From the NCBI RefSeq assembly GCF_009914755.1, contig NC_060943.1: 64,000 nucleotides of DNA, one strand, 5' to 3'. The first letter of the stretch is position 1, and the number at the start of each line of letters is the position of its first letter. Under the pieces are notes generated by a model. It was not told where the DNA came from. It made no database searches and worked only from the letters and a program-made list of their open reading frames with translations. The DNA comes from the human T2T-CHM13v2.0 reference genome, Homo sapiens. This document shows positions 1-15,559 of the stretch, one piece after another. Both the position numbers and the translations under genes were made by a program.

Positions 1-477
1 CAAGCTGAAAACTGTAGTTATATTGACTTGAGATGTCAAAGAAGGGAGTTTGAAACTGCTGGTGTGGATGAAAAATGAAGGGGAAATCCTTTAAAGGAAG
101 AAGTCACAGAGGAGGGGGAGTCACCAAACCTGTCTATAAGCTACGCTCCAATCTAGACTCATCCCTAAACTGCATGTGAATGATGGAGACTTTAGGAATC
201 AAAGGAAATAACAATAGCTGGAAGGCTAAAATACAGACCAGATATGTCAGCCTCTTTTCTGTGCATGGGAGCCAGCGTTTGGAGCTTGTATCCTAGCAAG
301 TTAAAGGGGCCTGAGAAAGACTTCAGGCATTCCACTGAAATCCTAGAAAGACTGCACCTTAGGAAAGAACATTCTACCCCTGAATTAAGGGATTCTTCCT
401 AGGTCTAAGGGCAAAACAATGAACTTACCCTAACCAAGCCTCCAGTGGCTCCAGATGGTCTACCAGGAATTTATCTG

Positions 478-748
478 GGACCAGGGGCAGTGGTTCATGC
501 CTGTAATCTCAGTGCTTTGTGAGGCTGAGGCAGAGGATCACTTGAAGCCAGTAGTCTGAGACCAGCCTGGGCAATGTAGCAAGACCCCATTTGTACAAAA
601 AAATAAAAAAAAATAGGAGTAAATGCCTGTAATCGCGATAACTCAGAAGGCTGAGATGGGAGAATCACTTGAGCCCAGGAGTTCAAGGCTGCAGTGATCT
701 ATGATTGTTCCATTGCACTCTAGCCAGGCAACAGAACAAGACCCTGTC
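478..748 (+). mobile_element. Alu (old, AluJ-like)
   Basis: Two-arm Alu with GAGCCCAGGAGTTCAAGGCTGCAGTG; tail expanded into a microsatellite. Confidence 0.88.
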
Positions 749-753
749 GAAAG

Positions 754-820
<67 letters not shown>

Positions 821-989
821 AAAGAAAGAAAGAAAGGAAGGAAGGAAGGAAGGAAGGAAGGAAGGAAGGAAGGAAGGAGAAAGAAAGAAAGAAAGAGAAA
901 GGAGAGGAAAGGAAAGGAAAGGAAAAGGGAAAGGGAAAGGAGGAAGGAAGGAAGGAAGGAAAGAAGGAAGGAAGGAAAAAGAAAGAAGA
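749..989 (+). repeat. Pure polypurine compound microsatellite (GAAA)~17-(GGAA)10-mixed
   Basis: 241 nt containing only A and G, directly following the Alu. Confidence 0.97.
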
Positions 990-1222
990 CTTGGGAACTT
1001 AGTAATAGGAGAAAAAAATGAGTAAAACAAAACTCAACACTCTTAAGAAGAAACTAACAGAATTCAGAGTCTTTACAAAATATCATTCACAAAGGCCTCA
1101 GAAACCTCACTCCTGGCCCCACTTGTCCCCAGCTCTCTGTGGAGGAAAGTACATGGAGCCCCTGGGAATTGTGGGTTTCCTAGTTAAAAAAGAAAAATCT
1201 TCTAGCAAAACTTTACACTGTA

Positions 1223-1537
<315 letters not shown>

Positions 1538-2302
1538 CACTGTAAAAGAAAAAACACAGGCCACTCCCTCTAGGGTCACATAATCAAGCCATCGAACCCA
1601 AATCTAGGGACCCTGAGATTACTTTAGGATGGTGTGACATTTAAATTAGAGCCTGAAGATCTGGTAAGCCTGAGCCAGGAAGAGGAAAACGATCAAATGC
1701 CCAGAGACGAGAGAGAACATGGGTATGGCTGGAGTATAGGGACCAGGGAAGGGAGGGGAAGGACTGGTAGGAAATGAGGCAGGAGAGGCAGGCAGATGAG
1801 AAAGAGCCTCTTCCATTGTATTAAGCAAGTTGGGTTTTCCTGAGAGTGATGGGGTACCAACAAAAAGATTCAAGAAAAACTATATCAACAAAATTTTAGT
1901 GCTGAAATATCCTGGCTTCTGTAATGAGCCGATCTGGAGAAATTAAGTATGAGGTATCCACCGAATGTCCAGATTCTGTAAGAAATTTAGTTCATTGGTT
2001 CAGAACTCAGCATAATGGTTTAGGCTGCTATGGATTCTTCAGCCTACTAGGTATGACTAAAACCCTGGAAGTAAATGAGATACTCAGGGAGCAACTGGGG
2101 AAATAAAAAGGCCCAAGGCAGAAAACTGATAGTCACCAGCATGCAGCCTAATTGGTTAATGCATTAACAGATAGCACTGGCATAACATATTTTATAGTAC
2201 AGATAGGGCCTCCTTGAAATCAGTCTAAATTAATGAGGTGTCCAACACTCAGGTCACTTAATTGATTTCTGTTTCTCTCTCTGTTTTAGAGGATCTTGTA
2301 GA

Positions 2303-2500
2303 AAAGTGGTTCTCTATCAGTGGACATGTGGTATGTCTGAAGACGTTTTTGGTTGCCACAACTGGAGGGGGGATGACTATTAGCACCTAGTAAATGGAGG
2401 CCAGAGATGCTGCCAACCACCCTAAAATGCACAGACAGCACCCTATAACAAAGAAATATCTAGCCCTACATATCAATAGTGCTGAAGTTAGGAAACCCTG
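2303..2500. mobile_element. MER20-like hAT DNA transposon relic
   Basis: GTGGTTCTC...GAAGACGTTTTTGGTTGCCACAACTGG...GGCCAGAGATGCTGC...AATAGTGCTGAAGTTAGGAAACCCTG matches MER20 hallmarks. Confidence 0.75.
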
Positions 2501-3383
2501 TTGTAGAAGCACTTTGACTACCGTAGGCTTACCAGCCCATGCACACTGATAACTTCTGCACTTTCTTCCCAAGCATTTCTGTAGGGGGATCCCAGTTTAT
2601 GGTTAATATCAAAGGACCCTCAAGCACACTGTTAGCATCACATAACTGAATAAATCTAAAATCTGAAAATACCAGACTACACAGATTTTGGGGAATATGG
2701 GAACTATTGCTTTTACTTATTACTATCAATGTGAGAAAACTAAACAGACCAATTCAGTGACAGAGAAGGAGTGCTTAGGTCAGCACTGAGGGTTCTCTGC
2801 TAAGAGGGATACAGCAGATGTCTGAGGAGGCTCAACAGGCATCACGGATCCTGTGCAGGAGGTCTATGATGCCATGAACACAAACCACATACAGTTATGT
2901 ACAAGAGGGATGAGTACTGCCAGGAAGTGCTTAGTATTTCACGTGTAGAATGGTCTCTCTGATCTTGGAGGAAATATTCAACCAGTAATTTGATATTTGG
3001 TTTCTGTTAATGAGATAAGTGAGGATCATGTAACCAAAGATTTAAAGAGTAGCAGAGAGTCCCGTTCACTGATTATGCTGGTGTAGTGCTGTGCCGCGCT
3101 GTTATCTAAAGGAAAGAGGGAAGACATGGGATTTGCTTGGAGCTGAGCCTCAGGGTGACTTTGTCCTCCCAGAAGTGAATTTCCCACTGTCTTAAGCCCC
3201 TGCTCTGACGCAAAGCAGAGCTGGGCTCTAAAGCCCAAATGGAGAAAAGAATCCAGTTTGAGCCAAACCATTTAGCCTGGTATTCCAATGGGAATGGGTG
3301 TGTCTGGCAAACTGATAAGATAGTGGACCAAAACTCTACTTGAATGGAGAATCGCAGAACCTCTCAAAAGAGTACTGGAGGGC

Positions 3384-3465
3384 AGAGTGAGAGAGAGAGA
3401 GTGAGAGTGAGAGTGAGAATGAGAGTGAGAGAAAGAGCAAGAGAGAGAGAGAGCGTGTGTGTGCA
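3384..3465. repeat. (GA)n/(GAGTGA)n plus (GT)n microsatellite
   Basis: Directly visible repeat. Confidence 0.9.
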
Positions 3466-3509
3466 CACAAGTGAGCATGCTTAAGCAAGTGAATCAGGCT
3501 ACCTTCCAC

Positions 3510-3637
3510 TCCAAGTGTGGTCCTCCAACCAGCAACATCAACATCACTCGGAAACACAGAAATCTCAGGCCCACCCTGACCTACTTATTTAGAATCTGCA
3601 TTTTAGGAAGATCCCTGGTAAAGTCTGAGAAGCACTG
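3510..3637. mobile_element. MER5A-like DNA transposon relic
   Basis: AAGTGTGGTCC...CAGCAACATC...AGAAATCTCAGGCCCACCC...AGAATCTGCATTTTA...GAGAAGCACTG. Confidence 0.7.
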
Positions 3638-4399
3638 ATTTTACCCTTTGTTGAGGGAAGAGGGTAATGTCCTCAGGTACAGGTGGTTACTGTCTACCAG
3701 AAACCCTCTCCACCCATCCCCTTAGTTCATATCTAAATGCTGTGGCACCCCTAGAAGAGCTATTTCATTGAAACTCTGCTCACTTGTTGGGTTAAAGACA
3801 GATACAGCTTTGGTACAGGGAGCACATTAGGCAAATCAAGGGAAATACATTTCCTCACACTTTGCCAAACACAGCTACGGCACCTCTCAACCCATATTCA
3901 AGGCTCTGTCCAGATTCCTCAAACATCTACTCCCTCCCTCTGAGCAGAGGACCTCCCAAAGTTGACTTAAGTAATCAGATGGAAACACCTCAGCTCTCCT
4001 CTACCCAATACATAAGTACATCTGGCTTCCTCTCACAAACCACTTAAAAGAGCAGAACTCCTCTCTCTATACAAGGTCAAATCCTGCAGGGCTGCCCTGG
4101 AATGCAGACAGCTGCTCCCTGCTTAGAGATCACATCATGTCAAATACCCTCTCCACTGGCTTCATCCTGTTGGCATTAAAGCATGCTGAATTCTCTTCGA
4201 GAATTACTTTGGAAAGAATTACTACCCTGTAAGCTTTCCTATTCAGCCATGTTGACTTCAAAATTTGTTTAGTACAATATTTCAAACAGAAATTTTGTGT
4301 CTGCTGCCCATTTTGCACAACTCTTAACCCTTGTTTACATTTGTTTCAGATACATTTGTATTTCCAAAATAAAACAATTGTTTTAACTAAAGTTCCCTG

Positions 4400-6330
4400 T
4401 GTTCCTCTCTCTGACCTCTGCTAAGAGGTAACTGCTGCCCTCAAGTGTGTCCATACACAATTCATGAATGCTTTATGTTTGTACTATATGGGCATGTTTC
4501 CATATGCAACATAGAGTATTATTTTGCAAACCCTTAACATTAATTAGAAGGTATAATATTATATGGATTATTCTGTATCTTGCTTTCACATGAACAGTTT
4601 TTGAGATATTACAATGTTGACTTCATGCTCTCTTTACTTCTATGCTATTGCTGGCATTTATATTTCCTCTTTTTAAAACCCCATGACATGTTCTCATTGT
4701 TTTATTCAACCAGAGTTTGTGTGATTCACCTACACGGTTATCCCATCCTTTTTTTATAATTTTTCCCTTCATGTTCGCCTTCTATTTACAATTACAGTCC
4801 TTCTGCCTAAAATGCACCCTTTAGAATCCTCTTAATGAGAGTGTGTTGTGGGAAAACTTACTCAGTTTTTATCTGAAAAATATCTATATTTTACTCTCAT
4901 TGTTGAAAAATATGTTTGCTGGGTATATAATTCTAGGTTGACAAGTTTTTCTCTAAGCATAGTGAACATAGCAATATTCCGTGGTTTTCTGGCTTTTATA
5001 ACTTTTATCAAGAAGTTTACTGTCAGTTTTATTGTCTTTCCTTTGATGATTACCCCTTTTTTCTGATCTCATTTTTAAGGTTTTATCTTTGCCTTTGGTC
5101 TTCCTCTGTGACACATAGGGTGTATTTTTTGCTTAATTATTTTTCTTTTGTTAGAATTCACAAATCTATAGAATGGCTTCTTTCATCTCTTCTGGAAAGT
5201 TCTCAACCATTACCTATTCAAATATTGCTTCTGTTCCATTCTTTTTCTTTTTTCCTTCTGCAAGTTTTATTGGAAGTGTGTTAGAACATCTTACTTCATT
5301 CTTCTTTCTCCATTATTCATTCTCATAACTTCTGACAGGCTTCTCATTTCTTTGATTCTGTGCTATCTTCTGGGTATTTTTTTGCTCTATCTTTTGCTTT
5401 ATTGTGCACATTATAAGCCATTATATTTTGATTTCTAGAATTATTTTATTAATACAGTCAGTCCTATTCTGTAGCACCTTTCTCTTTATTTGTATTTTGT
5501 TTATTTCTTAAAGCATATTCAACGTGTTTGTCGGTGTTTAATAATTTTACTCTCTGAAATCTTTTCCATCCTAATACTTACATTTCTGCTGCTCCTGATT
5601 CCTGTGCGTAATTTTTTATTGTGGGTTATATTTTTAGAATTTTATCTGTGGAACTGGAGACCTGGTTAGAAAGCAAGATCCCCAAGGAGAATTTTGATTT
5701 GCTTCTGCCTCATGCCTTTGGATCTACCAGCCAGAATCAAGTTGCACTAAATTTTTGGCAAAAAAAATTTTGGCCTATTTGGGTGGTTCAATTTTGGGTT
5801 GCAAACCTACGTGAGAGATAGTTTGTGGTTACGAATTTTAAGAGGTTTTTTGTTTGTTTGTTTGTTTTTGTTTTTGTTTTTACTCTCCTTCACCTACTCA
5901 GCTTCAAACTTTGAGATGGACAATTTTCTTTAAAGTTCCCTGGTGAGTGGTCAGTCATGAGACTGAGTGGTTTATTTCTAGTTCACAATTACAAGGAACA
6001 TTGGCCATTTGAGATATAAGCTTTCAGTGTGGGGAAAGGGAAGGGGAAGGAAGAGATTTCTACTGGACTCCTACCTTTGGACAGACTCTAGACTTACTAT
6101 GTGCTCTACAGAGCCACAAAATCCAAAACTCAAGGTTACTCAATTTAGCAAATACCCTCAAACTGAAAGCTGGTTTAAATGCTCTTCTTGCTTCTGGGCT
6201 CCTGGTTTTACTTAGTTTTTGACCTCTGACTATTCCCAATGAATGCACGGTTCAATGATGCATTTTCCAATGAGTTATATACCCAGCGTTTTAACAGAAA
6301 GATTTACCGGAGTCCCTAGTCTATTTTTTC
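4400..6330 (-). mobile_element. Ancient L1M fragments (antisense)
   Basis: T-rich degenerate antisense L1 motifs (GCTGGGTATATAATTCTAGGTTGACA; GGAAAGTTCTCAACCATTA...TCAAATATTGCTTCTG); boundaries approximate. Confidence 0.6.
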
Positions 6331-6390
6331 TATCAGAATTGAAATTTTCATCTACTCTTTATATAAAATTGTACTTCTAAGGTTCACATT

Positions 6391-6657
6391 TGCTATGGTT
6401 TGAATTCTTGTCCCCTTCAAAACTCATAGTGAAATTTAGCTGCCACTGTAACGTATTAAGAGGTGGAATATTTAAGAGGTGTTTTCATGAACTTAATGCC
6501 TCTCTCATCCTCTCTTTGCCTTTCCACTATGTGATGTTTTCTGCCATGTGAGGATGTAGCAAGAAGGCCCTTACCAGAGGCCAGCCCCTTGATTTTAGAC
6601 ATTCCAACCTTCACTGTGATATTCTGTTAACAGCAGCACAAAAAAATTGACTAAAAA
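6391..6657 (+). mobile_element. MaLR LTR (MST/MLT1A-like, internally deleted)
   Basis: TGCTATGGTTTGAAT start; AGCAAGAAGGCCCTTACCAGA; GCAGCACAAAA...GACTAA end; ACATT on both sides. Confidence 0.75.
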
Positions 6658-8357
6658 ACATTTAATTAAGTTATTCTGTTTAAAATCTGTGTGGGCTCCA
6701 CATTGCCCTAAGGGAAACACCGCATCCTTTGCATGGCTTAAAAGCCGCCTCCGTCTTGCCTCTGCAGATCTCTCGAGGCTTTGTTCTTATCAGTCGTCTC
6801 CCATGAAGCTTTTTTGCTGAAGCTGGATTAAACTGCTTGCAATCATCAGAGAACCCCACATCCTCTTCCTCTCTAGGTATTCAAATGCTATTTCCACCCC
6901 TTCTTTTTTTCTCTCTTTCCTTCTTTTCTCCATATTCTGCCTTTTCTTATCTGACTGCTGGTCATTGTCAGGTTTCAGTTTTATCGTACTTTATGGTACT
7001 TTTCCTAGAAATCTGGACTCAGGGTCTTTCCTCTGTGCTTCCACTTTACCTGTCTTAGTGTAATTGCATCTTTACAGGTTTGTGTTCCCTGAGGTTTAAG
7101 ACTGACTGTGAACTTTCCAGCATGGTGTCTGGAACTCAGTATGTATGCAATGCTGATTCTTTGTAATAAACTTTTGTTACAGGAGCTCTTTGAAGCTCTA
7201 GTTGTCATCATCATGGTACCCGTCAGAAGACGGTAATAGACCAGGCAGAAATGACTGTGAACCCTGCCTGCTGTAGATGAGGTCATCAAAAGTAGATGCT
7301 GCATGCCAGGTGGACACAGTTGTCCAGGTACCTCAGTGGCCATTGTCAGCAGACTCAACAGGTCTGTAAGTGTGACCAGATCCAGCAGAGGGGCTCTGGA
7401 GTGGCAGTGGAAGCAAATGAGATATCACTCCGGACAACTGAACACACTCACTTGTAAGAAAGTGTGAGCCACCCCCTGGAGGCTTCCAAAAGTCTTGAGT
7501 GACTTTTATAGAGAAATAGAGCTCTAAGTTAGCAGTGCAGAGCCAAAAGTATGTAATGGAATTCATTGCTTAATTGATTCTATAGGCAAGTGAGGCCCAG
7601 AGAAACTCAGTTTATGCCCAGATGGATATGACATCATTCCTGCCCCTCAGTTAACTTACCAACTAGTGGAAGAAAGAGCAAGTTAACAAAATATTAACTT
7701 TGCAGGATGAGAAGTGCTACAGAGCTAAGCTATCAGAGCCCTGGTGACTTAGTAACAAAATAAAGGGGCCTAACACAATTGCTACTTCTCCCATTACCTC
7801 GCCCATAAGGGACCCAAAGTGTGACCAAAAATCAGCATGGGATGGGTGGAGCTGCTGGTTTCCTGATACTCTTATCTTCATTATATATAATTATTTTATC
7901 ATTCAAAGTATTTATTTTTTTTCTAATCTCTAACCAGGCCACATTTCTTCCCAACTGGAGAAGCAGAGGGCTAGCTGTTTGAGTCTAAAGAGTGGAGTGG
8001 TGAGGGCTGAGCCTGGGAATTATGAGGCCAAATCAGAGGGCTTTATGTATAAAACCAGGAGTCTAGACCCTTCTTGAGGGGAAAGTGGGATCCTCCTATA
8101 ATCTAGTTTCCTAGAGGTTTTTTTTTAATCACATTCTAGAGTCATTGGTCTCTGACAGAGCCCCCAGATCAAATACTTGAGGTCCATGCAGGTAAGACAA
8201 CAAATGAACCTGGCCAGCCTCCTGATGGGGGTATGGCCACTGCCCCGGCTAAAAGGGACAACATATCCCAGCTCCAAGTTCCTGTCCTGTGAGATTCTAA
8301 GCTCAGTTTTGTGAGATTCATGGTTTTCTAAAAAAGGCCAAAAAGTCTAGATTATTC

Positions 8358-10895
<2,538 letters not shown>

Positions 10896-12469
10896 AAATT
10901 ATGTAAGTCTTAAATTTTTAAATATTTATTCAAAACTCTTTTTAACTCTTTGAGGACTGACAGGGCACCCTGGGTGACCTCTGGTCTATGAGCCAAGACT
11001 TCAATGCCCCAGCCCAACTCAGCCAGGACTGCACTCTAGCATCTTTTGGAGAGGAACCCTTTCATTGTGAAATTCCTCTTTCCTCTCACCAACCCCCTGG
11101 GTCAGGGTAAACTCAGTAAGTGTGGACTGTCTCATACTGAGTTGTCTCCAAGGGGTCCCGTGAGGTTGCAGGGCACCCGTTGCTGTGGAGTCCTAAAGAG
11201 GGCTTTCAGAGGCACAAAGAAGACAGACACAGCAACAATAACAAATGAATGAAGGAATCAGTTTTTCCCAAGAAAAGAGCCACTGTATCCCAATAGGCCT
11301 GTACCAATTCCAGGGAAAGAACAACATAGCGACAACATAAAGCAATCTGTGTGATTAGGATGCTGCACTCATCCCAGCCAGGTACATGTCCTTGAACTGG
11401 AGGTGCTGCGCACGGCACCTGTTTACAAATTAGGCAACCGGAGGTGCTGAAAAGTATTCATCTCTTCTGCTGCTTCCTTCAGTATGTATAATATTAGCAA
11501 AATGTCCCAGTGGCTGGTAAATCATCTTTAATTCCTTTGGAACTCATCATAGTAATGTTAACCATGATGGATTCTTGTGGTATTTAAAGAACTAGATTGT
11601 CAATTAGCTTTTATGAGATACATCACAGTCATCAGCCTCATATCAGACCTCCCTTTCCAAAGAAGCCAGTTATTAAAATGTACAATAATTTGCTTTTATT
11701 ATAATCTAGCTAAAAGCCAAAGCTAGTCTCCAAAATAATTTAAAGTTTTAAGTTGCAATGTAAGAGACCTTTTCTTGGAAATGACTGTATAATATAGTGT
11801 CACCATTGTTGGTTAATTATTTTTCAGAGTGTGAATTTCAGCTAATCGTTTCCTGCAAGGACCAAATAACATAGGTGCTTCCTAACAGCCTCTCTGGGAA
11901 TAACTACTGTCCTTTCAGAAGCTAATTAATCAAGCTGTGCTCGTAAAAACTTAAGTAACTACCCACCAGGGTGAGAGTCCCCCAAGACCTCCCTGCTCCT
12001 GGAAGTCTCTTGCCCACTGTATTGACCTTGGCCGAGAGAAGGGCAGTGAGTCAACTTGACTTGGCACAGCACCCACCAGGGACCTTCCATGCCATCCAGC
12101 ATGGTCATCTGCCCAGGGCTATCTGGAACTTTAAAACCTCATCTTTACTGAGAGTGCCCTTCAGAACTTAGCCAGTGCTACCTGCAGCTTGAGGAGGCAA
12201 AGACAGATGAGCTCCCATGGAAACGTGGGAAGGTGAGGAAAAGCCTAGTTCTGTGTTTTGATTTCAGTAAATTATTGTGAGTTTAACTTAATCACCATTT
12301 GCCAGGCACTTGAGGAAAATCAAATCAGGGAATTAGCTCTGACCTCAGGAATATACAGCCCAGTGGTACAAACAGACACAAGCTACTGGTAAGAGGAAGC
12401 AGAGTTTGCAGTTCTTCCCTCTGCAGCCCCACAAAGGTGCATATCTCCACTATCAAATTTATCTCACGG

Positions 12470-12870
12470 GACTGCAATTCATAGACTCTTGTCATTGTGT
12501 GTGTCTTTCTCCCTAGTAGCCTGTAAATTCCTTCAAGGCGGAAAATTTCATCTCTGTATCTGTGGTACCTTGAACAGGGTCGGTCACATATTTGTTTAAT
12601 GAATGAATGAATATAATAACAATAATAAGTAACATTTAATGGGCCTTTAATACACATCTATATAAGCAGGTCCTAGGTTAGATGCTTTACAAATATCTCA
12701 TAAAATTCCTCCAACAATTCTAGAAGGGATTGTATAGGGAAGTATGGAGTTAATACTCCCCATTTTACTGATAAGAAACGATACTTGGAGAGACGGGAGT
12801 AACTTTTCCAAAGTCCCAGAGCTGTTAAGTGGCAGAGAACAATGGATCCTTGGTCTGGCTGACTCGTAGG
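12470..12870. mobile_element. L2 3' end followed by MIR
   Basis: ATATTTGTTTAATGAATGAATGAAT (L2 end); CCCCATTTTACTGATAAGAAAC...AGCTGTTAAGTGGCAGAG (MIR core). Confidence 0.65.
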
Positions 12871-15559
12871 TTCATATTCTTTTTTATCATTATGCATTAC
12901 TATTTCAATAAAAACTCCAGAAAGGCCTACAAAGTTACACACAATCACATACATGCAATAGAGGGTGATCCATTCCAAACTAAGGCAGGAAAGCAAATAC
13001 AACATGTGCCATAAGATTCTGGAAGCCTTCCTGCAGGCAGTGGTCCCTGAGCTGGTCTTTGAGGCACAGAAGGACTTTTATTAGCATTCCCATCAAAAAA
13101 AAAGGACCATGCAGAATGCAGGGAAAGGGAGGCTAAGTATTGATATGAGGGTGTAAGCGTGAAGAGTGGATAAATTGGCTACACCTTGGAATTTACTTCT
13201 ATAGTCTCTGTCGACCTTGTAGAGCTTCAAATAAGCAGCCTCAATACCACGATCATGTCTCCAATCCCCAGCCCCTGATATTAACTCAAGAGCAGTACAA
13301 ACTGAATCAATGCACCAAATGATTTTTCCCCACCGCTCCCCTGTGTGCATATAAACACACATATGCACACACACCATGGATACAGACACACACCATGACA
13401 GCTGTGAAAGGAAGGGGGAACAAGAGCTCAGTCGTCGCCGCTGGCCAGAGGAGATAACATTTCAGGCCTGATTTAAACTGCCCATTATGTCCATGATTCT
13501 TGCTGATGGGTGCCTCACAATAAATGTCCTAGGCTTGTCTTTATCAAGCCTCCTCCAGTCAAGGCTCAGAGTTATGAGTCACTGTTGGAGGGAGAAGGAA
13601 TGGGCAGGGAAGGGGTTGTCAGAAAAGGTGTGTAAATGGGACAGGTCCAGTGGTCAGGGCATCCATACATTATTTCTCAGTCAGTTTGTTTACATAACCA
13701 CAATTCATTCTCTTGGGTGCCCTAGAAAAACAAATGGCTAGAGAGCTGAATTCAAAATATATTATTTGAGCTAAACACAAATAAGTAACTCAGTTATGAG
13801 GGGAAGCCCCCTCTCACCCATCATTTTGCCAAAATGAACTCTTCATGGTTGAGTGGCCCTCCCCTCACCCCCATTCCTAAGATTAGTTTGAGCTTGCTCT
13901 GGAATATTTATTGAGGAGACCTTTCATTATAAAGCAGCCAAGTACCAGTTACCTGAAATATATGCAAGTTTTTAAAGTCTACATTCAAGGTTTAAAACCT
14001 TTTTGTGTATGAAAAATGTTCTACCTGGCCTCTCCCTGTCTCATTTGGGAGATTAAACGGTAGCTATATAGTTGAACTGCAATTTGCTTGACTCTGAAGA
14101 AGCCATTATCATTGAAATTCAAGACCCTTGATCTAAGATGTCTTGGAGAACTATAGCACACTATATACTTTATTTTAGAGTGCAGAGTACAATGCAGAAT
14201 TAGGCCTTGTAAAAAGTTACAGGAGAAAGCCTTGTATGAAACAAAATATAGTTGTCATAACAACTGATCTGCATGGGTTGTACATCACCCAGAAAGTTTG
14301 AGGTGTGGGTTATCCCAATCAAGGGAACAGCTGGAGTACAGTCAACAGTAAAGCAAGCAGGCTATTTTCTTCTGCTATGAAAATGGATTTTTCCTCTTGA
14401 GTGAACAATGCAGGAATGTAACTGAAGCAAAGAGAGCCTCAGTCTGGGAGGGACAAGGATAGTAAAAGCCAAAGAAATATTCCAGCAGGGAGATGATCAG
14501 GATGGCAAGGATCCAAGAAAGACAGGATTTTGCAAAAGCAGACAGCCTAACTTACAAGGTCATTTAACACCAAACAGTAACAAAAAAGAGTTCTAAGTGA
14601 AAGACAGCAAAAGCACACACAAAAAAGAGAATCGAGGTTTTATCAGAGACATTTGTCAAATGAAGTTATAGTATCCTGATTACAAAAAATGTGGTAAGGT
14701 TTTCACTAAGGTTCTCATCTCTTTTGAGTTGCCATGATGTTGGTCAGATGCAGTCATTAGCCAACCTAGTAATCTGTCAATGCTATGTGATTAAAAATGT
14801 GCCAGTCACCATAGGTCATTTTTCAGCAGTCTGTATTCAGACTATATTCAGATCATCTGAACACAGTCACCAAAAACACTTGTTTGGAATACAAATTTCT
14901 AGGCTCTTCCACAGACCTACCTAATCCAAACTCCTAGGAACCAGGCATGGGAACATGAATTTTTAATAGAGCATTCCAAGTGGATCTTAAGTATACTAAG
15001 GTTTGCGAAGTACTACCATATTGGACAATAGAGAAAATATGAGATGTGGTCCCACCTGTCACAAAGCATGCAGTCTACTTGTAGAATTTAGACAGTGCTT
15101 AAGAGTCTTTTGGGTGCTATAGGACCCTAAAGACAATTAAAACTCAAAGAGTCCTTCAGGAAAACTTCCTTAATCTCACTGTACTTGCCAGACAAATGTG
15201 CCTTTCATTTTGTTTGTCAACTTTCAGATGACATTGCCTCTTTTCTACTTCTTATTTATTTATTTATTTAGTGTCTCCTCTCATGCAACTTAAGTTTCTT
15301 GAGAACAGGAGCTGTCTAATTCATCTTTCTGATTCATGAATGCTTGAATGGATGATACATAAATGGAGGAGGGAAGGCAAGAGCATAGCAATTAGAAAAG
15401 TCTTCCTAGAGTAGGAATGTGTTGGTGTAAAAACAGGGTTGTATTATACACAGAGCAGAGGAAAGAGCATGGGTAGGTATGAGATAACCATATAAGCAAG
15501 GTGACAGAGGCAGAGAAGGGGCATTGCGTATGCTAATGCCCAAATGTGTTAAATACTCA

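Noticed and set aside
683-1030. Lys/Glu/Arg-rich and Phe/Ser/Leu-rich ORFs of 106-115 aa
   Set aside because: Translations of the GAAA/GGAA microsatellite and Alu end, which lack stop codons by composition.
1739-1758. G-quadruplex motif GGGACCAGGGAAGGGAGGGG
   Set aside because: A common motif in degenerate repeat-like sequence with no supporting context.
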